Assembly: GCA_041641355.1 (NCBI GenBank)
Contig: JBEPYP010000001.1
Location: 1 to 25,237 of the forward strand
Direction: 5' to 3'
DNA from: Thermoproteota archaeon
GTDB lineage: Archaea; Thermoproteota; Thermoprotei; Gearchaeales; Gearchaeaceae
DNA length: 25,237 bases
Shown here: positions 8,999 to 17,833 of the stretch, in pieces
Position numbering within the stretch: position 1 is the first letter of the stretch
How the letters are laid out: every line of letters begins with the position of its first letter
The notes under the pieces: model-generated
Told to the model about the DNA's origin: nothing
The model's database searches: none
The model's input: the letters and a program-made list of their open reading frames with translations, nothing else
Position numbers and translations under genes: made by a program

Positions 8999-9445
8999 AT
9001 GGATAAAACTAAGAAGGTAATGGTAACAGGGACGTTTGAGATTTTACATCCTGGTCATATATACCTTTTCAAGGAAGCAAGTAAGCTAGGCAAAGTTTTC
9101 GTTGTTGTGAGTAGGGATGAAAACGTTAGGAGATTTAAGCAACGAGAACCGATTATAGGAGAAAAACAAAGACTTGAAGTTGTTAAGAGCATTAAGTATG
9201 TCCATAGAGCCATGCTGGGTAATCCCGGCGAAAATATATTTGAGATAATTAAAAAGATAAAGCCTGATATAATCTTGCTAGGACCTGATCAAAAGGTGAA
9301 CGAAGAAGGATTGAAGGATTTTTTGGTGAAGAATAACATAAATGCTGAGGTGAGGAGGTTGCCCAAAAGGCTTAACAATAAGTTGTATGATACATCGAAA
9401 ATAATTAAAAGGGTCTATGAATTAAATATAAAGATTGAGGACTAG
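8999..9445 (+). CDS. ribL: FAD synthase (archaeal RibL, cytidylyltransferase family)
   Basis: GTFEILHPGH (HxGH motif), VVVSRD, PIIGEKQRLEVVKSIKYV, KPDIILLGPDQ, TSKII. ATG at 8999 is preferred over GTG at 8975. Confidence 0.82.
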   Translation: MDKTKKVMVTGTFEILHPGHIYLFKEASKLGKVFVVVSRDENVRRFKQREPIIGEKQRLEVVKSIKYVHRAMLGNPGENIFEIIKKIKPDIILLGPDQKVNEEGLKDFLVKNNINAEVRRLPKRLNNKLYDTSKIIKRVYELNIKIED

Positions 9446-9518
9446 GGCCCTTAGCTTAGCCAGGTTGAGCACCCGGCTCTTAACCGGGGGGTCGTGGGTT
9501 CAAATCCCACAGGGCCCG
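9445..9518 (+). tRNA. tRNA-Lys(CTT), intronless, CCA not encoded
   Basis: Acceptor GGGCCCT/AGGGCCC plus G73; D-stem GCTT/GAGC; anticodon arm CCCGG-CTCTTAA-CCGGG; T-arm GTGGG-TTCAAAT-CCCAC. Confidence 0.97.
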
Positions 9519-9530
9519 TATAAATTTAGC

Positions 9531-10538
9531 TTATTTTCTTAACTTGTCTAGGTTTATTGCTAATTCACAGATATCCAACGAATACTCTAATATCCTCTTT
9601 AAACTTTCCTTTATCATTCTTGTCGATAATTTAATGCTGAGATTTGATTCGGAAAGATCGTCTGAGGATGAATACATTTTATCTAAAAATACTTCAATTT
9701 CTCTTGCTGTACTGTATGCTAATTTAACATCTAGATTTATGAAGGTTTTCACCGATTTGCTGAATAGTTTCTTTATTTCTTCTCCTAATTTCAAGATTTT
9801 TTCGAGTAAAGGATGAGGTATTTCTTCTTCAGTCTCTAACAGTTGCCGAGAAATCGATTCGATGTGATCTGCTATTCTTTCAAGGGTTTTGGAGAATAAA
9901 CGGTATTCTATCAAGAGTGATTTTTTAGCAACGCCTAGGTCTAACATCAAGTAAGGATCTTCAATAGCCAAGTTTATTTGTCTTGCTATAAAATGATAAA
10001 ATCTATCTACTTCATCGTCTAACTTTATAATTTCCTTCAGCAATTCTCTTTCAGATCTAATAGCCTTAAGTAGACTCTCTAACATGAGGTATACTATTCC
10101 GTAAAGTCTATTCAACGTTCTATCCAGCTGTGTATTTTTGTTTTCAGCGAAAACTTGAATTGTGATACTGTTTATGTCTTCTTCTATCACTTCTATCCCT
10201 ATTAACTTATCTCGAAGTATGTTCTTTATTGAAGATTTTTCACCTATGTTTTCTTTATCGAAAATTATTTTGAAACTATCATAGCCAGCTAGATAATTGC
10301 TTATGCACTCTCTTATCACTGTATTTTCGTCGCCCAGGGAAGAATAAATTATTGATATATTCTCTTTAGGTTTTTTATCCAAAAACTTAAGCGGATATAT
10401 GACCAACGATGAATTCTCCTGTTCTAATAACACTACTTTATCCTTTTGCTTAAGACCAAGGTTTTTAACCCAAGTTTTAGGTAATGATACGATGAAAGTC
10501 TCCCCGCCTGTCCTTTGCAAACTCCTTATTTTTCTCAT
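9531..10538 (-). CDS. Archaeal phosphate-uptake regulator: AbrB-like DNA-binding domain plus PhoU domains
   Basis: N-terminal RSLQRTGGETFIVSLPKTW (AbrB-like); PhoU repeats [16 protein letters not shown] and LKRILEY. Divergent from pstS. Confidence 0.88.
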   Translation of the reverse strand: MRKIRSLQRTGGETFIVSLPKTWVKNLGLKQKDKVVLLEQENSSLVIYPLKFLDKKPKENISIIYSSLGDENTVIRECISNYLAGYDSFKIIFDKENIGEKSSIKNILRDKLIGIEVIEEDINSITIQVFAENKNTQLDRTLNRLYGIVYLMLESLLKAIRSERELLKEIIKLDDEVDRFYHFIARQINLAIEDPYLMLDLGVAKKSLLIEYRLFSKTLERIADHIESISRQLLETEEEIPHPLLEKILKLGEEIKKLFSKSVKTFINLDVKLAYSTAREIEVFLDKMYSSSDDLSESNLSIKLSTRMIKESLKRILEYSLDICELAINLDKLRK

Positions 10539-10553
10539 TACTTCTAAATACTT

Positions 10554-10570
10554 CTATATAGTATATATAG
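10554..10570. promoter_or_regulatory. Inverted repeat CTATATA-N3-TATATAG overlapping a TATA-like TATATATA between the regulator and pstS
   Basis: Read directly from the sequence. TATATATA (10562-10569) lies -31..-24 from the regulator ATG on the minus strand. Confidence 0.5.
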
Positions 10571-10609
10571 ATTAAGGATAAAAGTGTAGAGTTTTATTAC
10601 TCTCACGGG

Positions 10610-11812
10610 ATGAGCAAAGCCATAAGTAAGCTGTTAGTGGTAAGTCTAGTGGTTATCGTGATAGCAGGAGTAGCTGCGTATTCTCTATTATCACAAACTG
10701 CTAGTCAAGGTAGCGAAAAAACCTCTCCGATCGCCGAAAAAATAAGACTTTCTGGTGCAGGAGCTACGTTCGTTCAGTATTTCATGCAGAGAGCCGCTTA
10801 TGAATATGCAAAAATAACGAACGTAGAGGTAGATTATGCTAGTATAGGTAGCGGAGGAGGCATTAAACAATTCTTAGAAAAGACTGTAGATTTTGGTGCT
10901 AGCGATGCTCCTTTACCTAGAGATAAATGGCTACAAGCCGGTGATGCGCTACATGTCCCAGTTGTAATAGGTGCAGTAGTCCCAGCTTATAATCTCCCTG
11001 AATACCCCCGTAGCGGGTTGAATTTCACCAATGATGTAATGGCAGACATCTTTTTAGGTAAGATAACTCAGTGGAATGATCCTAGATTGGTAAAACATAA
11101 CCCTGTATTGGCCAATATCAATAAACCTATAATAGTAGTGCATAGATCTGACGGTAGCGGTACTACTTTTGTATGGACAGATTTCCTTTCCACTGTTTCT
11201 CAAGAATGGGCAACTAAAGTAGGAAGAAGTACATCTGTGAATTGGCCAGTAGGTATAGGAGGTCAAGGAAATGCAGGTGTAGCGGGACAAATTAAAAACA
11301 ATCCTTATTCTATAGGTTATCTCGAGTTCACTTATGCGATTGAAAATAAAATACCCTACGGTAATCTCGTTAATCCCTCTACGGGCGAATTCGTTAGTCC
11401 CTCTATTAGAACTATAGCAAATACGGTATCTTATGTTACCGTTTCTCTTCCAAAGGGTAATGAAGATTGGTCCGATGTCTCGATCATTAGATCTTTCTTC
11501 AAATTGTCTGAGACGAATAAAAACTTGAAAGAGGCTTTTCCTGTGGTTAGCTTCACATATGTATTAATATATAAGGAATTATCTAAAGTACCTGGCATGA
11601 ATAAAGAAAAGGCTCAAGCTTTAGTTAAATTCCTTAAATGGCTTGTTACTGACGGGCAACAATACGCTGAACCATTACATTACATTCCGTTACCTAAGGC
11701 CGCGATCGACCTAAATCTTGAAACTCTAAAGTTGGTCGAGTATCAAGGCACTCCATTGTTTTCGAACATTAATATTTATCTCCAAGTAATCCAAATAAAC
11801 AGGATTGATTAA
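10610..11812 (+). CDS. pstS: Phosphate ABC transporter substrate-binding protein
   Basis: GAGATF, IGSGGG, DFGASDAPL, HRSDGSGTT, GQGNAGV, SIGYLE. Confidence 0.96.
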   Translation: MSKAISKLLVVSLVVIVIAGVAAYSLLSQTASQGSEKTSPIAEKIRLSGAGATFVQYFMQRAAYEYAKITNVEVDYASIGSGGGIKQFLEKTVDFGASDAPLPRDKWLQAGDALHVPVVIGAVVPAYNLPEYPRSGLNFTNDVMADIFLGKITQWNDPRLVKHNPVLANINKPIIVVHRSDGSGTTFVWTDFLSTVSQEWATKVGRSTSVNWPVGIGGQGNAGVAGQIKNNPYSIGYLEFTYAIENKIPYGNLVNPSTGEFVSPSIRTIANTVSYVTVSLPKGNEDWSDVSIIRSFFKLSETNKNLKEAFPVVSFTYVLIYKELSKVPGMNKEKAQALVKFLKWLVTDGQQYAEPLHYIPLPKAAIDLNLETLKLVEYQGTPLFSNINIYLQVIQINRID

Positions 11813-11835
11813 TTAATAGCAGGTAAGAGTAAATC

Positions 11836-12747
11836 ATGAATAGCGATAAAATTTTTTTGGCATTACTCATTTTGATATCGTTATTTTTTATATCCACCAT
11901 ATTCCTTTTAGCGTTTGAACTTTTCGTAGGATCTTATAACGTTCTTGCTTCTCAAGGACTTTATTTTATTACAGGAAGCAAGTGGGACCCCGTTCATGGA
12001 ATATTCGGTATATTCCCAGCGATAGTCGGTTCTTTCATGACTTCTCTTATTGCTCTCAGTCTAGCAACACCCATATCGTTGCTTACTGCTTATTTCATAG
12101 CTGAATTGTCTCCTATTCGATTCAAACCGTTCGTTTCTTCACTAGTAGAGCTTCTAGCAGCAATTCCCAGCGTGATTTATGGACTTTGGGCCCTTTTAAC
12201 GTTAGCTCCCTTTTTGAGGGAAAATGTTTACATCCCTCTTCAAAACATATTTTATTTTGTTCCTTTCTTTCAAGGTCCTGTCACAGGTGTAGGCATATTG
12301 ACAGCTAGTATTGTTTTAGCTGTGATGTTATTACCTACGATGACTTCGATAATAAAGGAAGCTATCGAACTTTTGCCTGCGTCTATAAAGGAGGCAGCAA
12401 TAGCTGTAGGTGCGTTGCGCTATGAGGTAGCTAAGATAATATTTACACATATTAGACTAGCAATAATAGCCGCTTTGCTACTGGCTTTTGCTAGAGCTTA
12501 TGGAGAAGCGATGGCTGTAGCGATGGTAATAGGAGCTAGACATTCGATTCCTTCAAACATCTTCGGCGCAGGTTATACGATGCCTTCATTAATAGTTCAT
12601 GAATTCTTAGAAGCTGTCAGCGATTTACATTATCAAGCTTTGATTGCTATTGGTTTCGTGTTATTTATGATAGCTTTAGCAAACATAGTTGTAGCTAGGA
12701 TTATAATCGCTAGGACCGTTAGATTCTTAAAAGGTGCTTATCTATGA
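11836..12747 (+). CDS. pstC: Phosphate ABC transporter permease
   Basis: Hydrophobic; WDP, VELLAAIPSVIYGLW, EAA motif KEAAIAVGA, ARAYGEAMAV. Confidence 0.94.
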   Translation: MNSDKIFLALLILISLFFISTIFLLAFELFVGSYNVLASQGLYFITGSKWDPVHGIFGIFPAIVGSFMTSLIALSLATPISLLTAYFIAELSPIRFKPFVSSLVELLAAIPSVIYGLWALLTLAPFLRENVYIPLQNIFYFVPFFQGPVTGVGILTASIVLAVMLLPTMTSIIKEAIELLPASIKEAAIAVGALRYEVAKIIFTHIRLAIIAALLLAFARAYGEAMAVAMVIGARHSIPSNIFGAGYTMPSLIVHEFLEAVSDLHYQALIAIGFVLFMIALANIVVARIIIARTVRFLKGAYL

Positions 12748-13634
12748 TCGACACTAGACGTATAAAGAATCGAATTTTCATTCTTCTATCCGCCACCGCT
12801 TTCATAGTAACGATGATACCATTATTTTGGATACTTATAGAAGTGATATACAGGGGGGCTTCGGTACTTTCTATAGAATTATTGGTTAGCGTGGCAAGAC
12901 CACCCGGAGTTCCAGGAGGGGGTATAGCTAATTTCTTACAAGGTACCTTGATACTTGTAGTGATGGCCTCTGCTATAGGTTTACCCTTGGGATTGCTTAT
13001 CGGTATTTTCCTTTCAGAATTCAAGGAGCATAAGCTAGCTCCGTATGTTCGTTATTTCGTAGAAGTATTCGCAGAATTTCCCGCTATCGTAATAGGAATA
13101 TTCATCTATCTAGCTATAGTTAGAGGAGGGATATTTAGTCTTTTAGGCGTAGAAAAAATTTGTATAGCTCAATTCTGCTTTGGTGCTACAGGATTCTCTG
13201 CTTTAGCTGGCGCTATAGCTCTTTCCCTTTTGATGTTACCTATAATAGCCAGAGCGGTAGAAGAAGCACTTAACTTAGTACCTATTAGCATTAAAGAAGC
13301 GGCGATCGCTCTAGGAATGAGCAAGTTTAGAATGATTTTCACGATATCTCTAAGCTACGCTAGAAGTGGTATTCTTTTAGCTTATATTTTAGCGCTTTCA
13401 AGGATCATAGGAGAAGCTGCACCGTTAGTAGTCACAGTTTTAGGCAGCTTATATTGGTTCACAAGTATCTTTGACAGAGTAGGCGCTGCTCCGTTAGCGA
13501 TATATTACTATGGAATTTCTCCCTATGAGGATCTTCGAGCACAAACATGGGCAATAGCTTTGATTCTAATTTTAGCGATATTAGTTTTAAATATAGGTTT
13601 AAAGTTTATTATAAGGAGGAAATTCGCTTGGTGA
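12744..13634 (+). CDS. pstA: Phosphate ABC transporter permease
   Basis: [38 protein letters not shown]-coupled to pstC. Confidence 0.94.
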   Translation: MIDTRRIKNRIFILLSATAFIVTMIPLFWILIEVIYRGASVLSIELLVSVARPPGVPGGGIANFLQGTLILVVMASAIGLPLGLLIGIFLSEFKEHKLAPYVRYFVEVFAEFPAIVIGIFIYLAIVRGGIFSLLGVEKICIAQFCFGATGFSALAGAIALSLLMLPIIARAVEEALNLVPISIKEAAIALGMSKFRMIFTISLSYARSGILLAYILALSRIIGEAAPLVVTVLGSLYWFTSIFDRVGAAPLAIYYYGISPYEDLRAQTWAIALILILAILVLNIGLKFIIRRKFAW

Positions 13635-13635
13635 G

Positions 13636-14406
13636 ATGGATCCTATATTTACTGTCAGAAATTTAAATGCCTGGTATGGAGATAAACAAACCCTCTATGA
13701 CATAAATATTGACATACCTAGATATCACATCACCGCGATAATAGGACCTTCAGGTTGTGGTAAGACTACTTTTCTTAGATGCTTAAATCGTCTCCATGAG
13801 CTAATGCCAGGAAATAAAGTGAAAGGCGAAGTGTATTTTCATGGCAGAAATTTCAAGGGCAATATATATGATCCTAATGTAGATCCTTCAACGATTAGGA
13901 GATATATGGGAATGGTTTTCCAAAAACCCAATCCTTTTCCGATGCTCTCTGTGTATGATAACGTAGCAATAGGCTTGAAACTTAACGGTATAAAGGATAA
14001 GAAAAAGATTGATGAGGTCGTTTTTAATTCTCTTAGGAAGGCTTATTTGCTGGATGAAGTTAAAGATTCTTTGAATAAATCTGGTTCAAGCTTATCCGGA
14101 GGACAGCAGCAAAGGTTGTGCATAGCTAGAGCAATAGCCTATGGTCCAGAGGTTTTGCTGATGGATGAACCTACTTCAGCCTTAGATCCTATAGCTACTG
14201 CTAAAATAGAACAATTACTAGTAGAGCTAAAAAGTGAATATACGATAGTTATAGTAACTCATAATATGCAACAAGCAGCAAGGATAGCAGATTATACAGC
14301 TTTTCTTTATCTAGGCAGGTTAATAGAATTTGCGCCTACTGAAGAACTTTTCGAAAGACCTAAGCACGAATTAACTGAAAAATATATAACGGGTAAGTTC
14401 GGATGA
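13636..14406 (+). CDS. pstB: Phosphate ABC transporter ATP-binding protein
   Basis: [57 protein letters not shown]. Confidence 0.97.
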   Translation: MDPIFTVRNLNAWYGDKQTLYDINIDIPRYHITAIIGPSGCGKTTFLRCLNRLHELMPGNKVKGEVYFHGRNFKGNIYDPNVDPSTIRRYMGMVFQKPNPFPMLSVYDNVAIGLKLNGIKDKKKIDEVVFNSLRKAYLLDEVKDSLNKSGSSLSGGQQQRLCIARAIAYGPEVLLMDEPTSALDPIATAKIEQLLVELKSEYTIVIVTHNMQQAARIADYTAFLYLGRLIEFAPTEELFERPKHELTEKYITGKFG

Positions 14407-15035
14407 GGCTAATAGACGTAGGTTTAGAGAAGTTAAATTCCAAGGTGATCAAAATGGCTAACCTGTCTAAGGAAACCGTAGAGCTTGCTGTAAACTCCTA
14501 TCTGAAAAACGAAAAGTTGACTGAAAAGATCTTCTTCAATTCAGAAACTCTGAGGGTATTACAAGAAGAGGTTAGCGAACTTGCAGTTGAGCTTATAGCT
14601 AGATACCAACCAGTAGCTTCTGATTTGAGGTATATAAAATCATGTATGGAAATAGCTTATGGTTTCTCGAGGTTTGGAAGGTATGCCTATGATATAATGG
14701 AGGTATTAGAAACGTTCGGGGATTTATCCAAATGCGATCATTCTGAAATAGTTAAGGCCAATGAGGTGGTACTAAAGATGATAGAATTGAGCATAGACGC
14801 TTTCATAAATAAAGATCTAGAAAAAGTGGCGATCGTAGAGAGGATGGATGATGAAATAGATGAGATCTATGAAAGACACGTTATTAACTTGGCTAAAGGT
14901 AAAGTTGCTGAACTATCATGTGCAGTATCAGCAACTTTAATTCTCCGCTATCTTGAAAGAATAGCAGATCATGCTCTTTACATAGCTGAGGCAGTCTTCT
15001 ATATAGTTAAAGGAGAAAGAAGACCGAGAAAATAA
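14403..15035 (+). CDS. phoU: Phosphate signalling/transport accessory protein PhoU
   Basis: [34 protein letters not shown]-coupled to pstB. Confidence 0.93.
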   Translation: MRLIDVGLEKLNSKVIKMANLSKETVELAVNSYLKNEKLTEKIFFNSETLRVLQEEVSELAVELIARYQPVASDLRYIKSCMEIAYGFSRFGRYAYDIMEVLETFGDLSKCDHSEIVKANEVVLKMIELSIDAFINKDLEKVAIVERMDDEIDEIYERHVINLAKGKVAELSCAVSATLILRYLERIADHALYIAEAVFYIVKGERRPRK

Positions 15036-15039
15036 AAAA

Positions 15040-15432
15040 TTATTCTAGTCTATATCCTATCCTTTTAACTCTATGTACAGAGTACTTCTTAGGTTTTAAT
15101 CTCTCTACAATGTACTTAAACGCTTTCAACGGTTTGCTCTTTGAACCGCAAGTATATACATCTACACTTGCGTAGTTATATTCAGACCATGCATGTATTG
15201 AGATATGACTCTCAGTGACTAAAGCGATTACTGAAGTTCCCCCTTTTTCTCCCTTAAAACTCCAGGAATGCACATCTACTAAGTGCATTTTAGCTATCTC
15301 AGCCGCCTTAATGACTGTTTCTCTTAGAACTTCTTCGTTCATAAGGACTTTCTTGTCGCATTCATACAAATTGCCATAAACATGTTTACCGATTATTTTC
15401 CTCTTAGGAATTTCAATATTTTTTTGCCCCAC
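15040..15432 (-). CDS. Pyruvoyl-dependent SpeH/AdoMetDC-fold decarboxylase proenzyme, most like the crenarchaeal arginine decarboxylase branch
   Basis: IIGKHVYGNLY, SWSFKGEKGGTSVIALVTE|SHISIH (autocleavage site), NYASVDVYTCG. GTG start. The ArgDC versus AdoMetDC assignment rests on recalled similarity to the Sulfolobus ArgDC. Confidence 0.85.
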   Translation of the reverse strand: MGQKNIEIPKRKIIGKHVYGNLYECDKKVLMNEEVLRETVIKAAEIAKMHLVDVHSWSFKGEKGGTSVIALVTESHISIHAWSEYNYASVDVYTCGSKSKPLKAFKYIVERLKPKKYSVHRVKRIGYRLE

Positions 15433-15463
15433 CTGCGCTTTTCCTTGTTTTGTTTTTTTACTG

Positions 15464-15483
15464 AAAAAGTATTTAAACTTTTT
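15464..15483. promoter_or_regulatory. Palindromic BRE-TATA-BRE-like element shared by two divergent genes
   Basis: AAAAAGT-ATTTAA-ACTTTTT with a perfect 7-bp inverted flank. It reads A-rich BRE plus TTTAAA on both strands. Confidence 0.6.
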
Positions 15484-15506
15484 TATGAAAAATAAAAGGA
15501 GAAAGG

Positions 15507-16283
15507 ATGGTTCTCTTTGATGATGACGCTTCTAACGAATCGGTTCATGAAAATGCTGATAAACTTTCTATTTTTCAATTGAAAATCAATGCGGTAGGAA
15601 TTCTTAGGGCTTTAAAATCTTTTATGACTTTCAAGGAACTATCCCAGTTATTCGGTATAGATCCTTCTTCCCTTTCTAGGTACATTTCAGGCAAAGTTTT
15701 ACCCAGCTTATCAAAGGCAGAGCTAATAATCACTAAGAGTTTTGATAAGAAATTATTACTGAAAATACTTAGAAGCATCAGGGGGGAAGAATTTTCTAAT
15801 GTGATAGATCCTAGTATTTTCTTTTTCTTTTCAAACTACATCTATCATTCATTATCATTCAAGAGAATAAGTAAAATAGCTTGCTTTGTTCCTAGAGATC
15901 TTCTTCTCGGCTTTTCTTTAGCTTCAATGTTGAAGACAAGGTTAATACCAGTTTATGAAGATAAGAATTTATTCCCAGTTAAAAGAATTGAATATAGTTA
16001 TTCGGTGAAAAATCCTTCGAATAACATGGAGATGAAGAAGACTATAGCTATAGCTAAGAATTCAATAAGCTGGAAAGATAGGATAGCTATAATAGCGGAA
16101 AGGATGCAATTCCAAGAAGACTATATAGCTCTCGTTACATTAATTAAAAGGATAGATAGAGAGTGTAAACTTCCTGTCATCATCTTCCTTCATTGCGAAA
16201 ATAAACAGGGATTAAAAGAACTTGAATCTAGATTGAAGATGATGGATAGGTCTGCTACACCTTCTGTGATAACAATCCTTTAA
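15507..16283 (+). CDS. HTH (XRE-like) plus degenerate phosphoribosyltransferase-fold protein, probable regulator
   Basis: HTH: MTFKELSQLFGIDPSSLSRYISGKVLPS. The C-terminal layout matches archaeal HTH-PRTase fusions, but the PRPP loop position reads IAIIAERMQFQED rather than hhhDDhhxxGxT. SD-like GGAG precedes the ATG. Confidence 0.65.
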   Translation: MVLFDDDASNESVHENADKLSIFQLKINAVGILRALKSFMTFKELSQLFGIDPSSLSRYISGKVLPSLSKAELIITKSFDKKLLLKILRSIRGEEFSNVIDPSIFFFFSNYIYHSLSFKRISKIACFVPRDLLLGFSLASMLKTRLIPVYEDKNLFPVKRIEYSYSVKNPSNNMEMKKTIAIAKNSISWKDRIAIIAERMQFQEDYIALVTLIKRIDRECKLPVIIFLHCENKQGLKELESRLKMMDRSATPSVITIL

Positions 16284-17283
16284 TATTTTCGCTAATAGGT
16301 CTTTTGATTATATCTTTCTCTGTAATTATTGCATCTATTAATTCGGGATCTGTTATGTCAAAAGCAGGATTGAAGGCATCTGCATCTTTAGGAGCGATGT
16401 AATATCTTTTAATTTTTATGACCTCTTCTTTGCTCCTTTCTTCGATTTTAATATCTTCTAATTTATTCTTCAAATCTATTGTGCTTGTGGGCGCTGCTAC
16501 GTAAAAAGGTACTTTGAAAGAATTTGCTATCAAGGCTATCGAGAAAGTCCCTATTTTATTTATCACATGACCTGTAGAGAGTATTCTATCAGCTCCCACT
16601 ATGACTTTCTTTACTTCTCCTCTTTTGAGGAGATAACCGACCGCTAAATCTGGAACTATTTTATAAGGGATTCCCAGCTTCTTCAATTCCCATGCAGTTA
16701 GCCTTGATCCTTGCATTACAGGTCTGGTCTCAGTGACGTAAACTTTTATTTTCTTATCTTTAGCCCTTGCTATTATTCCTAAAGCAGTGCCAATACCTAC
16801 TGTGGCTAAGGCTCCTGTATTACAATGCGTGAGTATTGTATCTCCTTCTTCTATTAAGCTATAGCCTAGCTCTGCTATTTTTAAATTTGCACTTATGTCC
16901 TCTTCACATATCTTGACTGCTTCTTTTATTATTTCCTCTTTTGCTTCTTCTAAGCTAGAAGTATTGTTTAAAGTTTTGAAAATTCTCTCGATTGCATAAT
17001 ACATGTTGTATGCCGTAGGTCTAGCTTTTATCAAACGTTTTGCATAATCTTCTAATAGGTTCCTGAGTTGTTCCTTATTTTTACCTTCAAAACGGTTTGC
17101 TGCCAAGGCTAGGCAAAGAGCAGAAGCTGCACCTATTGCTGGTGCACCTCTAATCTTCATTGTCTTTATAGCTTCGATGATCTCATCAGGATTTTTGGTA
17201 CTTATGATCCTAAATTTATTGGGCAGTGAACTGCAATCGATGAACTTAACTTCTTCTCCTTCTAGTTTGATGTTGATGAGCAT
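16255..17283 (-). CDS. mtnA: Methylthioribose-1-phosphate isomerase (eIF-2B-like family)
   Basis: IRGAPAIG, ARPTA, THCNTGALATVGIGTALG, ETRPVMQGSRLTAWEL, GADRI, NKIGT, FNPAFDIT. Confidence 0.88.
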   Translation of the reverse strand: MLINIKLEGEEVKFIDCSSLPNKFRIISTKNPDEIIEAIKTMKIRGAPAIGAASALCLALAANRFEGKNKEQLRNLLEDYAKRLIKARPTAYNMYYAIERIFKTLNNTSSLEEAKEEIIKEAVKICEEDISANLKIAELGYSLIEEGDTILTHCNTGALATVGIGTALGIIARAKDKKIKVYVTETRPVMQGSRLTAWELKKLGIPYKIVPDLAVGYLLKRGEVKKVIVGADRILSTGHVINKIGTFSIALIANSFKVPFYVAAPTSTIDLKNKLEDIKIEERSKEEVIKIKRYYIAPKDADAFNPAFDITDPELIDAIITEKDIIKRPISENIKGLLSQKV

Positions 17284-17317
17284 AATAATATAAAAGCTGT
17301 TTGGCTATTATCTTTTA

Positions 17318-17833
17318 GTGGTATATAAAATACGAATATCAGACGAAGGATACGCTTATATTGATCGAAGTCATGCTGAGAGGTTAGTGAGCGAAGGGTA
17401 TGGTTTCTTAGAGAAAGATTTCCTTAGATTAGAAAGTTTTGAAGCCTTGTATTTGTTTTTCAAGAAACTAGCAATCTTAGAGTATAAAGGTAAAGAATTG
17501 GAGTTTGAAGAAGCATTAAATCTCTTCGGAAGAAGAGATGAAAGGGTTTTCGAGAAGTTCATAGTTTACTTGAAATTAAAGGAAAAGAACTATCAAGTAA
17601 CTAAAGGTTATGGAGATGATTACGTATTTCTGTTATATGAGAAAGGGAAATCTCTCAAGGAATCTGCAGCGAGTTACATTGTATCGATATTAGAAGAAGG
17701 TAAGAGCATCGAAATGAACAAATTAGACGAAATGCTTGATTTCGCTCTAAGAATGAGGAAAAGTATGATATTTGCAGTAATAGATTCCAATAGTGATGTC
17801 TCGTTTTATGAAGCATCGAAGATAAAATTATGA
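17318..17833 (+). CDS. tRNA-splicing endonuclease subunit, probably the non-catalytic structural subunit
   Basis: EndA fold: LESFEALYL, FIVYLKLKEKNYQV, RKSMIFAVIDSNSDVSFY. The catalytic GxK(F/Y)G and H-S-x-Y motifs are not present. Confidence 0.78.
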   Translation: MVYKIRISDEGYAYIDRSHAERLVSEGYGFLEKDFLRLESFEALYLFFKKLAILEYKGKELEFEEALNLFGRRDERVFEKFIVYLKLKEKNYQVTKGYGDDYVFLLYEKGKSLKESAASYIVSILEEGKSIEMNKLDEMLDFALRMRKSMIFAVIDSNSDVSFYEASKIKL

